Shown in pieces: positions 46,286 through 55,985 of a stretch of DNA of 64,000 nt. This DNA is from an uncultured virus (IMG/VR IMGVR_UViG_3300032093_000120) (taxonomy: Duplodnaviria; Heunggongvirae; Uroviricota; Caudoviricetes). A program made the translations under genes and the position numbers. Each line of letters opens with the position of its first letter. The first letter of the stretch is position 1. The stretch lies in the IMG/VR virus record IMGVR_UViG_3300032093_000120; one strand, 5' to 3'. The notes below the pieces were generated by a model. That model ran no database searches. It saw nothing but the letters and a program-made list of their open reading frames with translations, and was not told the DNA's origin.

Positions 46286-48715
46286 ATGGAAAAAGGTTTA
46301 TACCAAGCCCCACAAGGCATTTCAGAACTCCAGCCAGATTTGGCTATTGAGATTGACAATCCGGACGCTGTCCATATTGAGATAGACGGACTAGAGATTG
46401 ACCTAGAACCCGGTCAAGAAACTGCAGAAGAGTTTGACGCCAACCTAGCCGAGTACCTTGACGAGGGTGAACTCAGCAGTATTGCCGGCGATCTTATTGA
46501 TGATTTCAACAAAGACCAGCGCGACCGCCGTGACTGGATTCAGACCTACGTAGAAGGCTTAAAACTCCTAGGTCTCAAGTATGAAGAACGCACTGAGCCT
46601 TGGCAAGGAGCCTGCGGTGTATTCCACCCCATGCTGACAGAGTCAGTAGTGCGCTTTCAGGCTGAAGGCATCATGGAGACATTCCCTGCCTCCGGCCCCG
46701 TAAAGACATCCATCATTGGTAAAGAGACCAAAGAGCGGGTAGAAGCCTCCCACCGCGTCCAGACCGACATGAACTACCAGTTAACGGAAGTCATGCGTGA
46801 GTACCGCCCTGAACATGAGCGCCTGCTGTGGTCTCTGCCCATCACTGGAAGCGCATTCAAGAAGGTTTACTACGACCCTAACAAGCAGCGCCAAGCCTCT
46901 ATATTCATTCCCGCTGAAGACATCGTCGTACCTTACGGTGCGTCTGACCTAGAGAGCGCCGAACGCATCACCCATGTGATGAGGAAGTCCAAGAATGACA
47001 TCGTAATGCTCCAAGAGGTTGGGTTCTACCGTGATGTAGACCTAGGCGAGCCAAGCGCAGAACTAGATGATATTGAGAAACAAAAGGCTGAAGAAAACGG
47101 TATCTCTGCGATTCAAGATGACCGCTTCCGTCTGCTTGAGATTCATGTCAATTTAGATTTAAAGGGATATGAACACAAGAACAAAGACGGAGAGATGACG
47201 GGCATCGCCCTGCCTTACGTGGTTACCTTGGAAAAGGGTAGCATGGAGGTTCTATCGATCAGAAGGAACTGGCATGAAGATGATGAACTCCACCAAAAGC
47301 GCCAGCACTTTGTCCACTACCAATACATCCCCGGATTTGGTTTCTACGGATACGGACTTATACATCTCATTGGAGGTTACGCTAAGTCCGCTACCATGCT
47401 CATCCGTCAATTGGTTGATGCTGGCACTCTCTCAAATCTGCCCGGAGGACTTAAATCACGGGGGCTTAGGATTAAAGGTGATGACACGCCGATTCAGCCC
47501 GGAGAATTTAGGGACGTAGATGTCCCTTCCGGAAGCATCCGTGACAACATCTTACCGCTTCCATACAAAGAACCAAGTCAGGTTTTATTCGCCCTCTTCC
47601 AAAACATCGTAGAAGAAGGTAAAGCGTTTGCCTCTGCTGGAGATATGAATGTCTCCGACATGAGCGCACAGGCTCCCGTAGGTACGACTCTGGCTCTCCT
47701 AGAGAGAACCCTGAAGGTGATGGGCGCGGTACAAAGCCGCATGCATTTCAGCATGAAGCAGGAGTTCAAACTCCTCAAAGAGATCATCGCTGAAGACGCA
47801 CCGACCGAGTACTCATATCAGCCTGAGTCAGGCGACCGCCATGCTAAACGTAGTGACTATGAGTTGGTGGATGTAATCCCTGTCTCTGATCCTAACGCCG
47901 CAACGATGGCGCAAAAGATTGTGCAGTATCAGGCAGTGCTTCAGTTAGCCCAGTCTGCCCCGCACATCTACAACATGCCTCTCTTACACCGCCAGATGAT
48001 TGAGGTTTTAGGGGTAAAGAACGCCAATAAGTTGGTGCCAATTGAGGACGATGAACTCCCAACAGACCCAATCCAAGAGAATCAAAACGCAATAACGGGC
48101 AAACCGCTCAAAGCGTTTATTGAGCAAAACCACTCTGCGCACATCCAAGTGCACATGGCTGCCATGCAAGACCCCAAGATTGCCCAGATCATTGGTCAAA
48201 ACCCACAGGCACAGGCTATTCAGGCGGCAATGATGGCTCATATTCAAGAGCACGTAGCCTTTGAATACCGTATGCGCATAGAGGAAGAGATGGGAATTCC
48301 GTTGCCAACAGAAGAGCAGAACAAGAAGGTTGATCCGGCATTTGCCAATCAACTCGCTGCAATGGCTTCTGAAGCGGCACAAAAGCTGTTTAAACAGCAT
48401 ACACAGGAAGCCCAGCAGCAGATGGCACAACAACAACTGCAAGACCCTGTTATCCAGATGCAACAACAAGAGTTGCAGATCAAGATGCAGGAACTCCAGT
48501 TGAAACAACAAAAACAGCAGATTGAGGCAGCCGCTAAGGCCGATCAAATCCGCGTAGAGGAATCCCGTATTGAAGCCCAGAAAGAGATTGCCGCTATGCA
48601 AGTAGCCGCCACGGCAGCAGCCAAGCGCGACCAACTAGAGAAGCAGCAACAACTTGAAGGCACAAGGATGGGTATTGAGTTGGCTAAGAGCCGAAATCAA
48701 AGAGGAAATAAATGA
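46286..48715 (+). CDS. Portal protein
   Basis: Follows terL; 'PWQGACGVFHP', 'GSAFKKVYYD', 'GFYGYGLIHLIG', Q-rich C-terminal barrel (P22-like). Confidence 0.88.
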   Translation: MEKGLYQAPQGISELQPDLAIEIDNPDAVHIEIDGLEIDLEPGQETAEEFDANLAEYLDEGELSSIAGDLIDDFNKDQRDRRDWIQTYVEGLKLLGLKYEERTEPWQGACGVFHPMLTESVVRFQAEGIMETFPASGPVKTSIIGKETKERVEASHRVQTDMNYQLTEVMREYRPEHERLLWSLPITGSAFKKVYYDPNKQRQASIFIPAEDIVVPYGASDLESAERITHVMRKSKNDIVMLQEVGFYRDVDLGEPSAELDDIEKQKAEENGISAIQDDRFRLLEIHVNLDLKGYEHKNKDGEMTGIALPYVVTLEKGSMEVLSIRRNWHEDDELHQKRQHFVHYQYIPGFGFYGYGLIHLIGGYAKSATMLIRQLVDAGTLSNLPGGLKSRGLRIKGDDTPIQPGEFRDVDVPSGSIRDNILPLPYKEPSQVLFALFQNIVEEGKAFASAGDMNVSDMSAQAPVGTTLALLERTLKVMGAVQSRMHFSMKQEFKLLKEIIAEDAPTEYSYQPESGDRHAKRSDYELVDVIPVSDPNAATMAQKIVQYQAVLQLAQSAPHIYNMPLLHRQMIEVLGVKNANKLVPIEDDELPTDPIQENQNAITGKPLKAFIEQNHSAHIQVHMAAMQDPKIAQIIGQNPQAQAIQAAMMAHIQEHVAFEYRMRIEEEMGIPLPTEEQNKKVDPAFANQLAAMASEAAQKLFKQHTQEAQQQMAQQQLQDPVIQMQQQELQIKMQELQLKQQKQQIEAAAKADQIRVEESRIEAQKEIAAMQVAATAAAKRDQLEKQQQLEGTRMGIELAKSRNQRGNK

Positions 48716-48912
48716 GCGACGTAATCCGAGCACTTTCCCACATTCAGAAAGAGATAGCCCGCCTGCGTGATGAACAGGCAATGTTTATCTCAACGGGAAG
48801 AGCAGCAGATTACGCGGAATATAAGAACGTCTGCGGGGTAATTCGGGGTCTAAGCCTTGCAGATCAGTCCATCAACGACCTTGTAGAAAGAATGGAGAAA
48901 TCCGATGAGTGA
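48712..48912 (+). CDS. Hypothetical protein
   Basis: 'G.A.DYAEYK..CG.IRGL' type small gene after the portal. Confidence 0.6.
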   Translation: MSDVIRALSHIQKEIARLRDEQAMFISTGRAADYAEYKNVCGVIRGLSLADQSINDLVERMEKSDE

Positions 48913-49315
48913 ATTTGACGTGTCCGCTGTGGACCTGTCCGGCGTCCTTAACAGGACTGCAGAGGAAAAGGCCAAACAGCTACCCGATCCTAAGACATTC
49001 CACCTGCTCTGCGTAGTACCAGAGGCTATGGAGGAATATGCCGATAGTGAGGTAGGTCTAGTCAAAGATTCCAAAACGATGCATTACGAAGAGGTTTTAA
49101 CGCCTGTACTTTTTGTCGTCAAGTTGGGTCCTGATGCCTATACAGACAAGAGCCGTTTCCCTAACGGTCCTTCTTGCAAGGTTGGTGACTTTGTCATCGT
49201 CCGTCCAAATTCAGGCACCCGCCTGAAGATTCATGGTCGCGAATTCCGCATCATCAATGATGACTCGGTTGAGGCAACCGTGGAAGACCCCCGTGGCATT
49301 CAACGCGCTGCATAA
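48905..49315 (+). CDS. GroES-like co-chaperonin
   Basis: 'VVKLGPDAY...CKVGDFV....SGTR..I.G.EFRIINDDSVEA.V'. Confidence 0.8.
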   Translation: MSEFDVSAVDLSGVLNRTAEEKAKQLPDPKTFHLLCVVPEAMEEYADSEVGLVKDSKTMHYEEVLTPVLFVVKLGPDAYTDKSRFPNGPSCKVGDFVIVRPNSGTRLKIHGREFRIINDDSVEATVEDPRGIQRAA

Positions 49316-49324
49316 GGAGCACAC

Positions 49325-50266
49325 ATGGCAACAGAGTACAAAGGCGAGGAATTTACATTCCCTGACGAAGAGAAAGAAACCCCTGTTCAGCAGGAGTTAG
49401 AGATTGATACGGACACCGAAGAGAAACCGCAAGTAAAGGCTGAGTCAGAAGACCCAACCGATGAAGAACTTGCGCAGTACGACGAGACTGTCCGCAATAA
49501 ACTCAAGAAATACACCAACAACTACCACAATGAACGCCGCGCCCGTAAGGCCGCACAGCGTGAACGTGAAGAGGCGGAAGCCTTTGCCAAGAGCGTCTAT
49601 GAGGAAAACAAACGCCTCAAAGACCAATTGGAGTCCGGCAGTAAAGTCTTCATTGAGCAAAACAAATCCACCGCAGAACTGCAGTTGGACAACGCCAAGA
49701 AGAAGTTACAAAAGGCTTTTGAGGACGGTGACGCTGATGCTTTTGCAGAAGCACAGGTAGAGGTAACGAAGGCATCTCTCAGGCTAGACAAGGCCGAGAC
49801 CATGACGCCTATTGTTTCTCAGCCATCAGAGCCGCCCCGCCAACAGTCCAATACAAACCCACGCACTAAACAATGGGTTGAAAACAACTCAGAATGGTTT
49901 GGAGTGGACGAAGAAATGACTATGGCTGCAATGGGACTTGACAAAAAGTTACAAAAGCAGTATGGTTCTGACTACATTGGTTCCGAAGATTATTTCAAAA
50001 CAATCGATAGGACCATTCGCAAACGCTTCCCAGAGCAATTTGGGATAGCCGAGGAAAATGACGAACCTCAAAGAAAGACGTCAACAATGGCAGAAGAGGC
50101 CACTCCTCCGCGCCGCATGAGTTCTGTAGTTGCTCCCGCAACTCGCAGTACTCCACCTTCACGTATCAAACTGGACCCACGTCAGGTATCTCTGGCGAGA
50201 AAACTTGGTGTTACTCCAGAAGAATACGCAAGACATGTATCACTCATTGAAAGGAACGCAGGATGA
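49325..50266 (+). CDS. Putative scaffolding protein
   Basis: Acidic N-terminus, coiled coil, 'W...N.WFG', C-terminal 'ARKLGV..EEYAR'. Confidence 0.7.
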   Translation: MATEYKGEEFTFPDEEKETPVQQELEIDTDTEEKPQVKAESEDPTDEELAQYDETVRNKLKKYTNNYHNERRARKAAQREREEAEAFAKSVYEENKRLKDQLESGSKVFIEQNKSTAELQLDNAKKKLQKAFEDGDADAFAEAQVEVTKASLRLDKAETMTPIVSQPSEPPRQQSNTNPRTKQWVENNSEWFGVDEEMTMAAMGLDKKLQKQYGSDYIGSEDYFKTIDRTIRKRFPEQFGIAEENDEPQRKTSTMAEEATPPRRMSSVVAPATRSTPPSRIKLDPRQVSLARKLGVTPEEYARHVSLIERNAG

Positions 50267-50721
50267 CCGAAGCTCAAACACGTAAACCACGCGAAGCTGG
50301 TAGTCGTACACAACAAATGCGTCGCCCTGAGCGATGGAGTCGCCCGGAAGGTTTGCCTAGCCCTGATGACCGCCCCGGATGGAAACATCGTTGGGTGCGT
50401 GTAAGCATGATGGGTTCTGCAGACGCCAAAAATATTTCTTCTAGTTTCCGCGAAGGTTATGAGCCTTGCAAAGCAGAAGAGTATCCGGAAATGATGATGC
50501 ACGCCGTAGAAGATGGACGCTTTCAAGGCAACATTGAGGTCGGCGGGCTGTTGTTATGCCGCATTCCGGCAGAGTTCTTGGGTCAACGTGCTGAGTATTA
50601 CGAGTCCCAGAACAAAGCAAACATGGAATCAGTGGACAACAGCTTTATGAAAGACAGTCATCCAAACATGAAGAAGTTTTCTGAAAAGACAACTAAAGTC
50701 TCGTTTGGGTCAGGTTATTAA
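50263..50721 (+). CDS. Head morphogenesis hypothetical protein
   Basis: 'GWKHRWVR...REGYEP...IEVGGLLLCRIP'. Confidence 0.6.
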   Translation: MTEAQTRKPREAGSRTQQMRRPERWSRPEGLPSPDDRPGWKHRWVRVSMMGSADAKNISSSFREGYEPCKAEEYPEMMMHAVEDGRFQGNIEVGGLLLCRIPAEFLGQRAEYYESQNKANMESVDNSFMKDSHPNMKKFSEKTTKVSFGSGY

Positions 50722-50741
50722 TTATTTTTAAGGAGTCCTAA

Positions 50742-51575
50742 ATGGCTTACCCCGTTGTTTCGGCCCCATACGGCCTAAAGCCGATCAATCTGATCGGTGG
50801 TCAAGTGTTTGCGGGTTCTACCCGTGAATATGCGATCCCTTATGGATACGCAACTAATATTTTTTATGGCGATTTCGTTGGATTGAGCCGTGGAAATATT
50901 GCGCGTATTGGTGTTAGTACTGGTACTCTTGGTACTCTTACTGGCGTCTTCTTGGGTTGTTCTTACACAAACCCAACCACCAAGCAAAAACAATTTGCTC
51001 AATACTGGCCCGCTTCAACGCTAGCTGGTGATGCAGTTGCTATTGTTTGTGATGATCCTGACACAGTGTTTAAAGCTGTCGTTTGTTCTTCTGGTACTAC
51101 TGTTGCTTCTGGCGCTCGCGCCATGATCGGTCAAAACTTGGCAATGATCAACAACACCACTGGTAACGTGAACACTGGCGACTCGCTCAACTCTTTGTTG
51201 GCTCCCACTAACACGCCAGATACTACCGATGCGTTGCCAATCCGTGTTTTGGGCTTAGTGCCTGACACCGTTGTCACCTTGGGTACTGCCACCTACACCA
51301 GCATCTCTACCGCTACTGTTACCTGCTCCGCTTTGCCTTACGCATTGCCTGTCGGTACAGACGTTGGTTCACTTGCTGCTAATGGTCAGTACATCCCTTC
51401 GGGTTCGTTTGTTGACACAGCAGCCGCTGCTGGTGCAACTTCGTTCATCTTGAACCAAGCCCCGGTTACAGCTTTTGCTGCTAGCTCTACGCTTGTGTTT
51501 GCTCAGTATCCAGAGTTGCTGGTTAAGATCAATTTTGGTCAACACCAGTACTACGCTGCCACTAGCATTGCTTAA
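50742..51575 (+). CDS. Capsid-associated (decoration/cement) protein
   Basis: 'PYGLKP', 'IFYGD', 'GVFLGCSY', 'DDPD.VF'; directly before the MCP. Confidence 0.55.
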   Translation: MAYPVVSAPYGLKPINLIGGQVFAGSTREYAIPYGYATNIFYGDFVGLSRGNIARIGVSTGTLGTLTGVFLGCSYTNPTTKQKQFAQYWPASTLAGDAVAIVCDDPDTVFKAVVCSSGTTVASGARAMIGQNLAMINNTTGNVNTGDSLNSLLAPTNTPDTTDALPIRVLGLVPDTVVTLGTATYTSISTATVTCSALPYALPVGTDVGSLAANGQYIPSGSFVDTAAAAGATSFILNQAPVTAFAASSTLVFAQYPELLVKINFGQHQYYAATSIA

Positions 51576-51588
51576 GGAGTAATTTAAA

Positions 51589-52500
51589 ATGGCTATTTCA
51601 CGCGCACAACTACTTAAAGAACTCCTTCCCGGCTTGAACGCACTGTTCGGCCTAGAGTACGCCCGTTATGGTGAGGAACATAAAGAGATTTATGAAACCG
51701 AAACCTCAGAGCGTTCTTTTGAAGAAGAGACCAAACTGTCTGGCTTCTCTGCCGCACCTGTCAAGAACGAAGGCTCTGCCATCGCTTATGACAATGCTCA
51801 AGAGGCATGGACTACTCGCTATAACCATGAGACCATTGCTTTGGGTTTCTCAATCACTGAAGAAGCGATTGAAGACAACTTGTACGACAGCTTGTCTGCT
51901 CGTTACACCAAAGGTTTGGCCCGTGCTATGGCTTACACCAAGCAAGTCAAGGCTGCTTCAGTTTTGAACAATGGCTTCTCTGCCCAATACGTTGGCGGCG
52001 ACGGTCAACCTTTGTTCTCTGCTAATCACCCCTTGGTTAACGGTGGTGTCAACGGAAACACTCCATCTGTGCAAACCGACCTTAACGAGACTTCTTTAGA
52101 AGCCGCCGTTATTGCTATCGCTGCTTGGACAGACGAGCGTGGCCTCTTGATCGCTGCAAAGCCCAAGAAGTTGATCATCCCACCAGCACTCCAGTTCGTT
52201 GCTACTCGTTTGTTAGAGACCAAACTCCGCGTTGGTACTAACAACAACGACATCAACGCAATTGAGAACAATGGCTCTATCCCTGAAGGCTGGTCTATCA
52301 ACCACTTCTTGACAGATACCAGTGCTTGGTTCTTGACAACTGACGTGCCTAACGGTTTGAAGCACTTCGTTCGTACACCGCTGCAAAACAGCATGGACGG
52401 CGACTTTGATACCGGCAACGTGCGTTACAAGTCACGTGAGCGTTATTCGTTCGGCTGGTCTGATCCTTTAGGTGTTTACGCATCTTCTGGTTCTTACTAA
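51589..52500 (+). CDS. Major capsid protein
   Basis: 'MAISRAQLLKELLPGLNALFG', 'SERSFEEE', 'RERYSFGWSDP'; strong RBS; followed by a terminator. Confidence 0.88.
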   Translation: MAISRAQLLKELLPGLNALFGLEYARYGEEHKEIYETETSERSFEEETKLSGFSAAPVKNEGSAIAYDNAQEAWTTRYNHETIALGFSITEEAIEDNLYDSLSARYTKGLARAMAYTKQVKAASVLNNGFSAQYVGGDGQPLFSANHPLVNGGVNGNTPSVQTDLNETSLEAAVIAIAAWTDERGLLIAAKPKKLIIPPALQFVATRLLETKLRVGTNNNDINAIENNGSIPEGWSINHFLTDTSAWFLTTDVPNGLKHFVRTPLQNSMDGDFDTGNVRYKSRERYSFGWSDPLGVYASSGSY

Positions 52501-52529
52501 AAAAAAGGGGGTCAAAAGCCCCCTTTTTT
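52499..52529 (+). terminator. Bidirectional intrinsic terminator
   Basis: A-run, GGGGG, loop, CCCCC, T6. Confidence 0.8.
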
Positions 52530-52567
52530 GTTGTGTTTAAACGCAACATAGGTTATATTTAAAACAT

Positions 52568-52640
52568 CTGGGTGATCCGCTTTTACCACCACTGCCCCAG
52601 CAGACGATGCAACGATCGGTAAAAGCACTTTTGCATAAGG
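52568..52640 (+). ncRNA. Pseudoknotted 5' leader of the 52651 gene
   Basis: Three interleaved perfect stems (see findings); promoter-like TTGTGT-N17-TATATT at 52531-59. Confidence 0.5.
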
Positions 52641-52650
52641 ACTTTTTGTC

Positions 52651-53370
52651 ATGGCACGTTCCACATTTGAAGGCCCAGTATTAGCTGGCGATAACCGTTT
52701 TGGTCCACTGCGTAACGTAGGTTACATGCAGCTTGTTCAAGACACTAACGTTGTTTTAACAAACACAACAAACGCAACTGCTGGTTACGGCGGTGTTTCT
52801 GGTCAGTTTGTTAACGGCAACGGTATTCCTAACGTAAACGCAACCGTTTACACGCCATCTACGGCATATCCACCAACAGCAGCAACCATCACTGCTGACA
52901 CAGTTTCTACTACCACAGGTACTTTGTATCGCGGTATCGTTATGTATGTGCCTTATGGCTCTACCATCAATGACATCCTCATTGACACCAACGTAGCAAT
53001 CACTTTGAGCGCTGGTACTGCTGGCACTGTAACTGGCAAGATTGGTAATAACTTTGATACAACCACATACGGCAGTATCACTACCATGAACGCTGCAACA
53101 GGCCGCAACACCGTGGCTCAGACTGGTGCTCAATTGTTGTCTTGCCAATCAACCAGTGCAGACGTAACCTACACTCCAGCACAAGGCTCTGGCCCTAACA
53201 GCAACGTCTTGTCTCAAGTTGTTTTGACGATCACCATCCCCTACACAGGCGGTTCAAGCGGTGTGTTGTCTACTATTACAGCAGGCACGTTCAGCATGGC
53301 AGTTCGTTATACACAGCTTGATGGCAACATCGGTACAAGCACAACTTACCCATACGGTAACTTTGACTAA
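52651..53370 (+). CDS. Virion structural protein (possible capsid decoration)
   Basis: 'MARSTFEGPV' start; T/G-rich; follows the MCP. Confidence 0.55.
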   Translation: MARSTFEGPVLAGDNRFGPLRNVGYMQLVQDTNVVLTNTTNATAGYGGVSGQFVNGNGIPNVNATVYTPSTAYPPTAATITADTVSTTTGTLYRGIVMYVPYGSTINDILIDTNVAITLSAGTAGTVTGKIGNNFDTTTYGSITTMNAATGRNTVAQTGAQLLSCQSTSADVTYTPAQGSGPNSNVLSQVVLTITIPYTGGSSGVLSTITAGTFSMAVRYTQLDGNIGTSTTYPYGNFD

Positions 53371-53378
53371 TCAGTCCT

Positions 53379-53401
53379 AGGGGCTTCGGCCCCTTGTTTT
53401 T
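53379..53401 (+). terminator. Intrinsic terminator
   Basis: AGGGGC-TTCG-GCCCCT then TGTTTTT. Confidence 0.75.
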
Positions 53402-53412
53402 AAACAAGGAGA

Positions 53413-53700
53413 TTGATTATGATGCAAACCGACGTTTTAGCGACGCACGTTGAAGCTAGTGGCACTATGGTTACTGGGCGTGTCCGGGTTAAAGGCTATC
53501 AATGCCTGTCCGGTGGCACTGCTGGGGATATTATTTTTACCGATGGCGGCTCTAGCGGCACTATTCGCCTTCAATTTAATGTTCCTGCTAACACAAACAA
53601 CCCATTTGCAAACATTATTCCCGGCGAGGGTATTTTGTTTTACACGGATGTCTACGTAACTTTGCCAACTGGCGCAAAAATTACGGTGTTTTATGGCTAG
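53413..53700 (+). CDS. Small virion protein
   Basis: 'MQTDV...IPGEGILF.T..YV......TVFYG'. Confidence 0.6.
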   Translation: MIMMQTDVLATHVEASGTMVTGRVRVKGYQCLSGGTAGDIIFTDGGSSGTIRLQFNVPANTNNPFANIIPGEGILFYTDVYVTLPTGAKITVFYG

Positions 53701-54004
53701 TCCCGCATGGACACGCAAAGAAGGCAAGAACCCCAACGGCGGCCTGAACGCCAAGGGCCGAGCCTCTGCGAAGAGAGAAGGTCACAACTTGAAACCGCCT
53801 CAACCAGAGGGCGGATCAAGGCGCGACTCTTTCTGCGCCCGCATGAGTGGGATGAAAAAGAAACTGACATCCGCAAAAACAGCGAACGACCCGAACTCTA
53901 GGATTAACAAGAGTCTTAGAGCGTGGAACTGCGCAGATGGTGGATATGTAACAGCAGCCGACGGTGTAGCCCAGAAGGGCAAGACCAAGGGAAGGATGTG
54001 CTAA
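53693..54004 (+). CDS. Small basic protein
   Basis: 'PAWTRKEGKNP.GGLNAKGRAS...RRDSFCARM...SRINKSLRAWNC'. Confidence 0.65.
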   Translation: MASPAWTRKEGKNPNGGLNAKGRASAKREGHNLKPPQPEGGSRRDSFCARMSGMKKKLTSAKTANDPNSRINKSLRAWNCADGGYVTAADGVAQKGKTKGRMC

Positions 54005-54264
54005 TGGAAGCAAGCCTTATTTGGTCGGCAGTTCTATCCGTCGTAATGGGCGGTTTTGGGTTGTTTATTAGAGAAAAACTCAACCAAGTTAAAGACGTAG
54101 GCGAAGACATTAAACGTGTTGAACGCCTTCTAAATATTACACGCGAGGAGGTAGCACGTGATTACGTTACTCAAGCAGAAATTCAACGCATTACAGACCA
54201 CATTGACCAACGTTTCAATCGCCTTGAGGCAAAGATTGACCAGCTTATTCAAGCGGGACGGTGA
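54004..54264 (+). CDS. Small TM + coiled-coil protein
   Basis: Likely start MEASLIW; 'TREEVARDYVT...RLEAKID'. Confidence 0.6.
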   Translation: MEASLIWSAVLSVVMGGFGLFIREKLNQVKDVGEDIKRVERLLNITREEVARDYVTQAEIQRITDHIDQRFNRLEAKIDQLIQAGR

Positions 54265-54821
54265 TGCCAAGTAAGAGCAAAGCACAACACAATCTTATGG
54301 CGATGGTCGCCAATGATCCTGCCGCCTCAAAACGGCTTGGTATCCCTGAATCCGTGGGCAAGGAATTCACTGCCGCAGATAAGGGCAAAAAGTTCAGTAC
54401 GGGAACCCGCGCTGATTCACAAGTAGCAAACCAGCCAAAAACCAATCATGGTAATAAGGCACTGTTTAAACAAGGCGGAACTATGGCAAGCAAGATGAAC
54501 CCCGGATTTATGGCAATGATGGCTAAAAAGAAGGACGCAAAGCCTTCTGCGATGGGTAAGCCAACAATGAAACCCGGCATGAGCACGGCTAAGGACGGCA
54601 TGAAAAAGCCCACCCCTATGGCTAAAACCGGCATGATGGGCATGAATAAAGGCGGAATGAAAAAGATGGCTACTGGTGGTATGACCGGTATGGGCAGCGT
54701 TAAAACTGCAGCCCCAAGCAAAGACGGTGTAGCCTCAAAAGGCAAAACCAAGGGCACTCAGATTGTTATGTCTGGCAGCAAGGGCATGAAGTCTGGCGGT
54801 ATGTCTAAGAAATATTGTTAA
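54261..54821 (+). CDS. K/M/G-rich basic protein
   Basis: 'MPSKSKAQHNLMAMVA...GIP.SVG.EF..AD'; multiple xxxGG motifs. Confidence 0.6.
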   Translation: MMPSKSKAQHNLMAMVANDPAASKRLGIPESVGKEFTAADKGKKFSTGTRADSQVANQPKTNHGNKALFKQGGTMASKMNPGFMAMMAKKKDAKPSAMGKPTMKPGMSTAKDGMKKPTPMAKTGMMGMNKGGMKKMATGGMTGMGSVKTAAPSKDGVASKGKTKGTQIVMSGSKGMKSGGMSKKYC

Positions 54822-54831
54822 GGAGAACACC

Positions 54832-55479
54832 ATGCGTGGAAAAGATTTAGCAGGAATTGCAGCACTTGGAACTCTTGGCTACATGTTAGCCAACAGAAAG
54901 AAGGACGCTGATGTAGATACCAGCAAGGTTTCAGACATGGATTTGACTGGCGGAGCAAGATCGCCCGCTGTGCCAATGGGTGACATGAAAGACACTGAGT
55001 TTGGTGACTTGGCTGGTGCTCAAGATGCGGCTCAAAGCCGTGCAGTGATGGATCAGTTTAACCAGAACGAAAAAGCAAGGACTCCTAGCAAGGGCAGCCT
55101 AAAGACTGTAAAGAACGCAGTCAGAAGCGGCGCTATGGACACAGCAGGCTTTGAAGGTGTTGGATCATCTATGTCCAAAAAGGGCGGATTTGATAACGGC
55201 ATTGCTAGAGAAGCCGAAAGAATGCAAAACCTTCGCAGTGAGTTTGGCAAGAAGAACCGTTCATCTACTGATGACAGCCCATCTTTCCAAGACCGCATGG
55301 CAAGAGAGTATCTTGACAAGAAGAAGGCTGGTGACAGACAGGCCGCAATGGAGCGTGGCAACCTAAAGGGTGGCGGCAAAGTTATCAAAATGGCTAAGGG
55401 TGGTATGACTCGTTCATCTGCATCTAGCCGTGGTGACGGTATTGCTACTAAGGGTAAAACCCGTGGAAAGATGTGCTAA
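54832..55479 (+). CDS. Low-complexity protein with C-terminal DGIAxKGKT motif
   Basis: AAGGAG RBS; ends 'MAKGG...RGDGIATKGKTRGKMC'. Confidence 0.6.
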   Translation: MRGKDLAGIAALGTLGYMLANRKKDADVDTSKVSDMDLTGGARSPAVPMGDMKDTEFGDLAGAQDAAQSRAVMDQFNQNEKARTPSKGSLKTVKNAVRSGAMDTAGFEGVGSSMSKKGGFDNGIAREAERMQNLRSEFGKKNRSSTDDSPSFQDRMAREYLDKKKAGDRQAAMERGNLKGGGKVIKMAKGGMTRSSASSRGDGIATKGKTRGKMC

Positions 55480-55755
55480 ATGATGTCAAGTCGCGGTATG
55501 GGCGCTATTAGCCCTTCCAAGATGCCCAAGGGAACTAAAAAAGCCCGCAGGGATGACACCGACTTTACTCAGTACGCTGAGGGTGGGAAAGTTAACGCTG
55601 CTGGTAATTACACTAAACCAAGTCTGCGCAAGCGGATTGTGTCTCAAGTAAAAGCCGCAGCAACTCAGGGTACAGGTGCAGGACAATGGTCAGCACGTAA
55701 AGCCCAACTTGTAGCAAAGAAGTACAAGGCAGCAGGCGGGGGTTATAGAGATTGA
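55480..55755 (+). CDS. Small basic protein
   Basis: 'YAEGGKV..GNYTKP.LRK..GQWSARKAQ..YK.AGGGY'. Confidence 0.6.
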   Translation: MMSSRGMGAISPSKMPKGTKKARRDDTDFTQYAEGGKVNAAGNYTKPSLRKRIVSQVKAAATQGTGAGQWSARKAQLVAKKYKAAGGGYRD

Positions 55756-55985
55756 AAGCGCCACAGCAATCCCTTAAAAACTGGGGCGACCAGAAATGGC
55801 GTACCAAGTCGGGGAAACCTTCTTCCAAAACGGGAGAGCGTTATTTGCCAGAGGCGGCAATTAAGTCTTTAAGCGCGGCGGAGTATGCGGCAACCACCCG
55901 TGCAAAGCGTGCGGGTAAAGCCAAAGGCAAACAGTTTGTGGCTCAACCCAAAGGTATAGCAAAGAAAACAGCAGGCTTTAGATAA
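55752..55985 (+). CDS. Small basic protein (TTG start)
   Basis: 'QQSLKNW.DQKWRTKSGK..GERYLP...GKQFV.QP'. Confidence 0.6.
   Translation: MKAPQQSLKNWGDQKWRTKSGKPSSKTGERYLPEAAIKSLSAAEYAATTRAKRAGKAKGKQFVAQPKGIAKKTAGFR

Noticed and set aside
48008..48634. 208-aa antisense ORF inside the portal gene, and similar shadow ORFs in the track
   Set aside because: Explained by Q/A-rich codon usage of the sense gene; no RBS or recognisable motif.
48905..49315. Phage-encoded GroES as a novelty
   Set aside because: Phage co-chaperonins are well known (e.g. T4 gp31).
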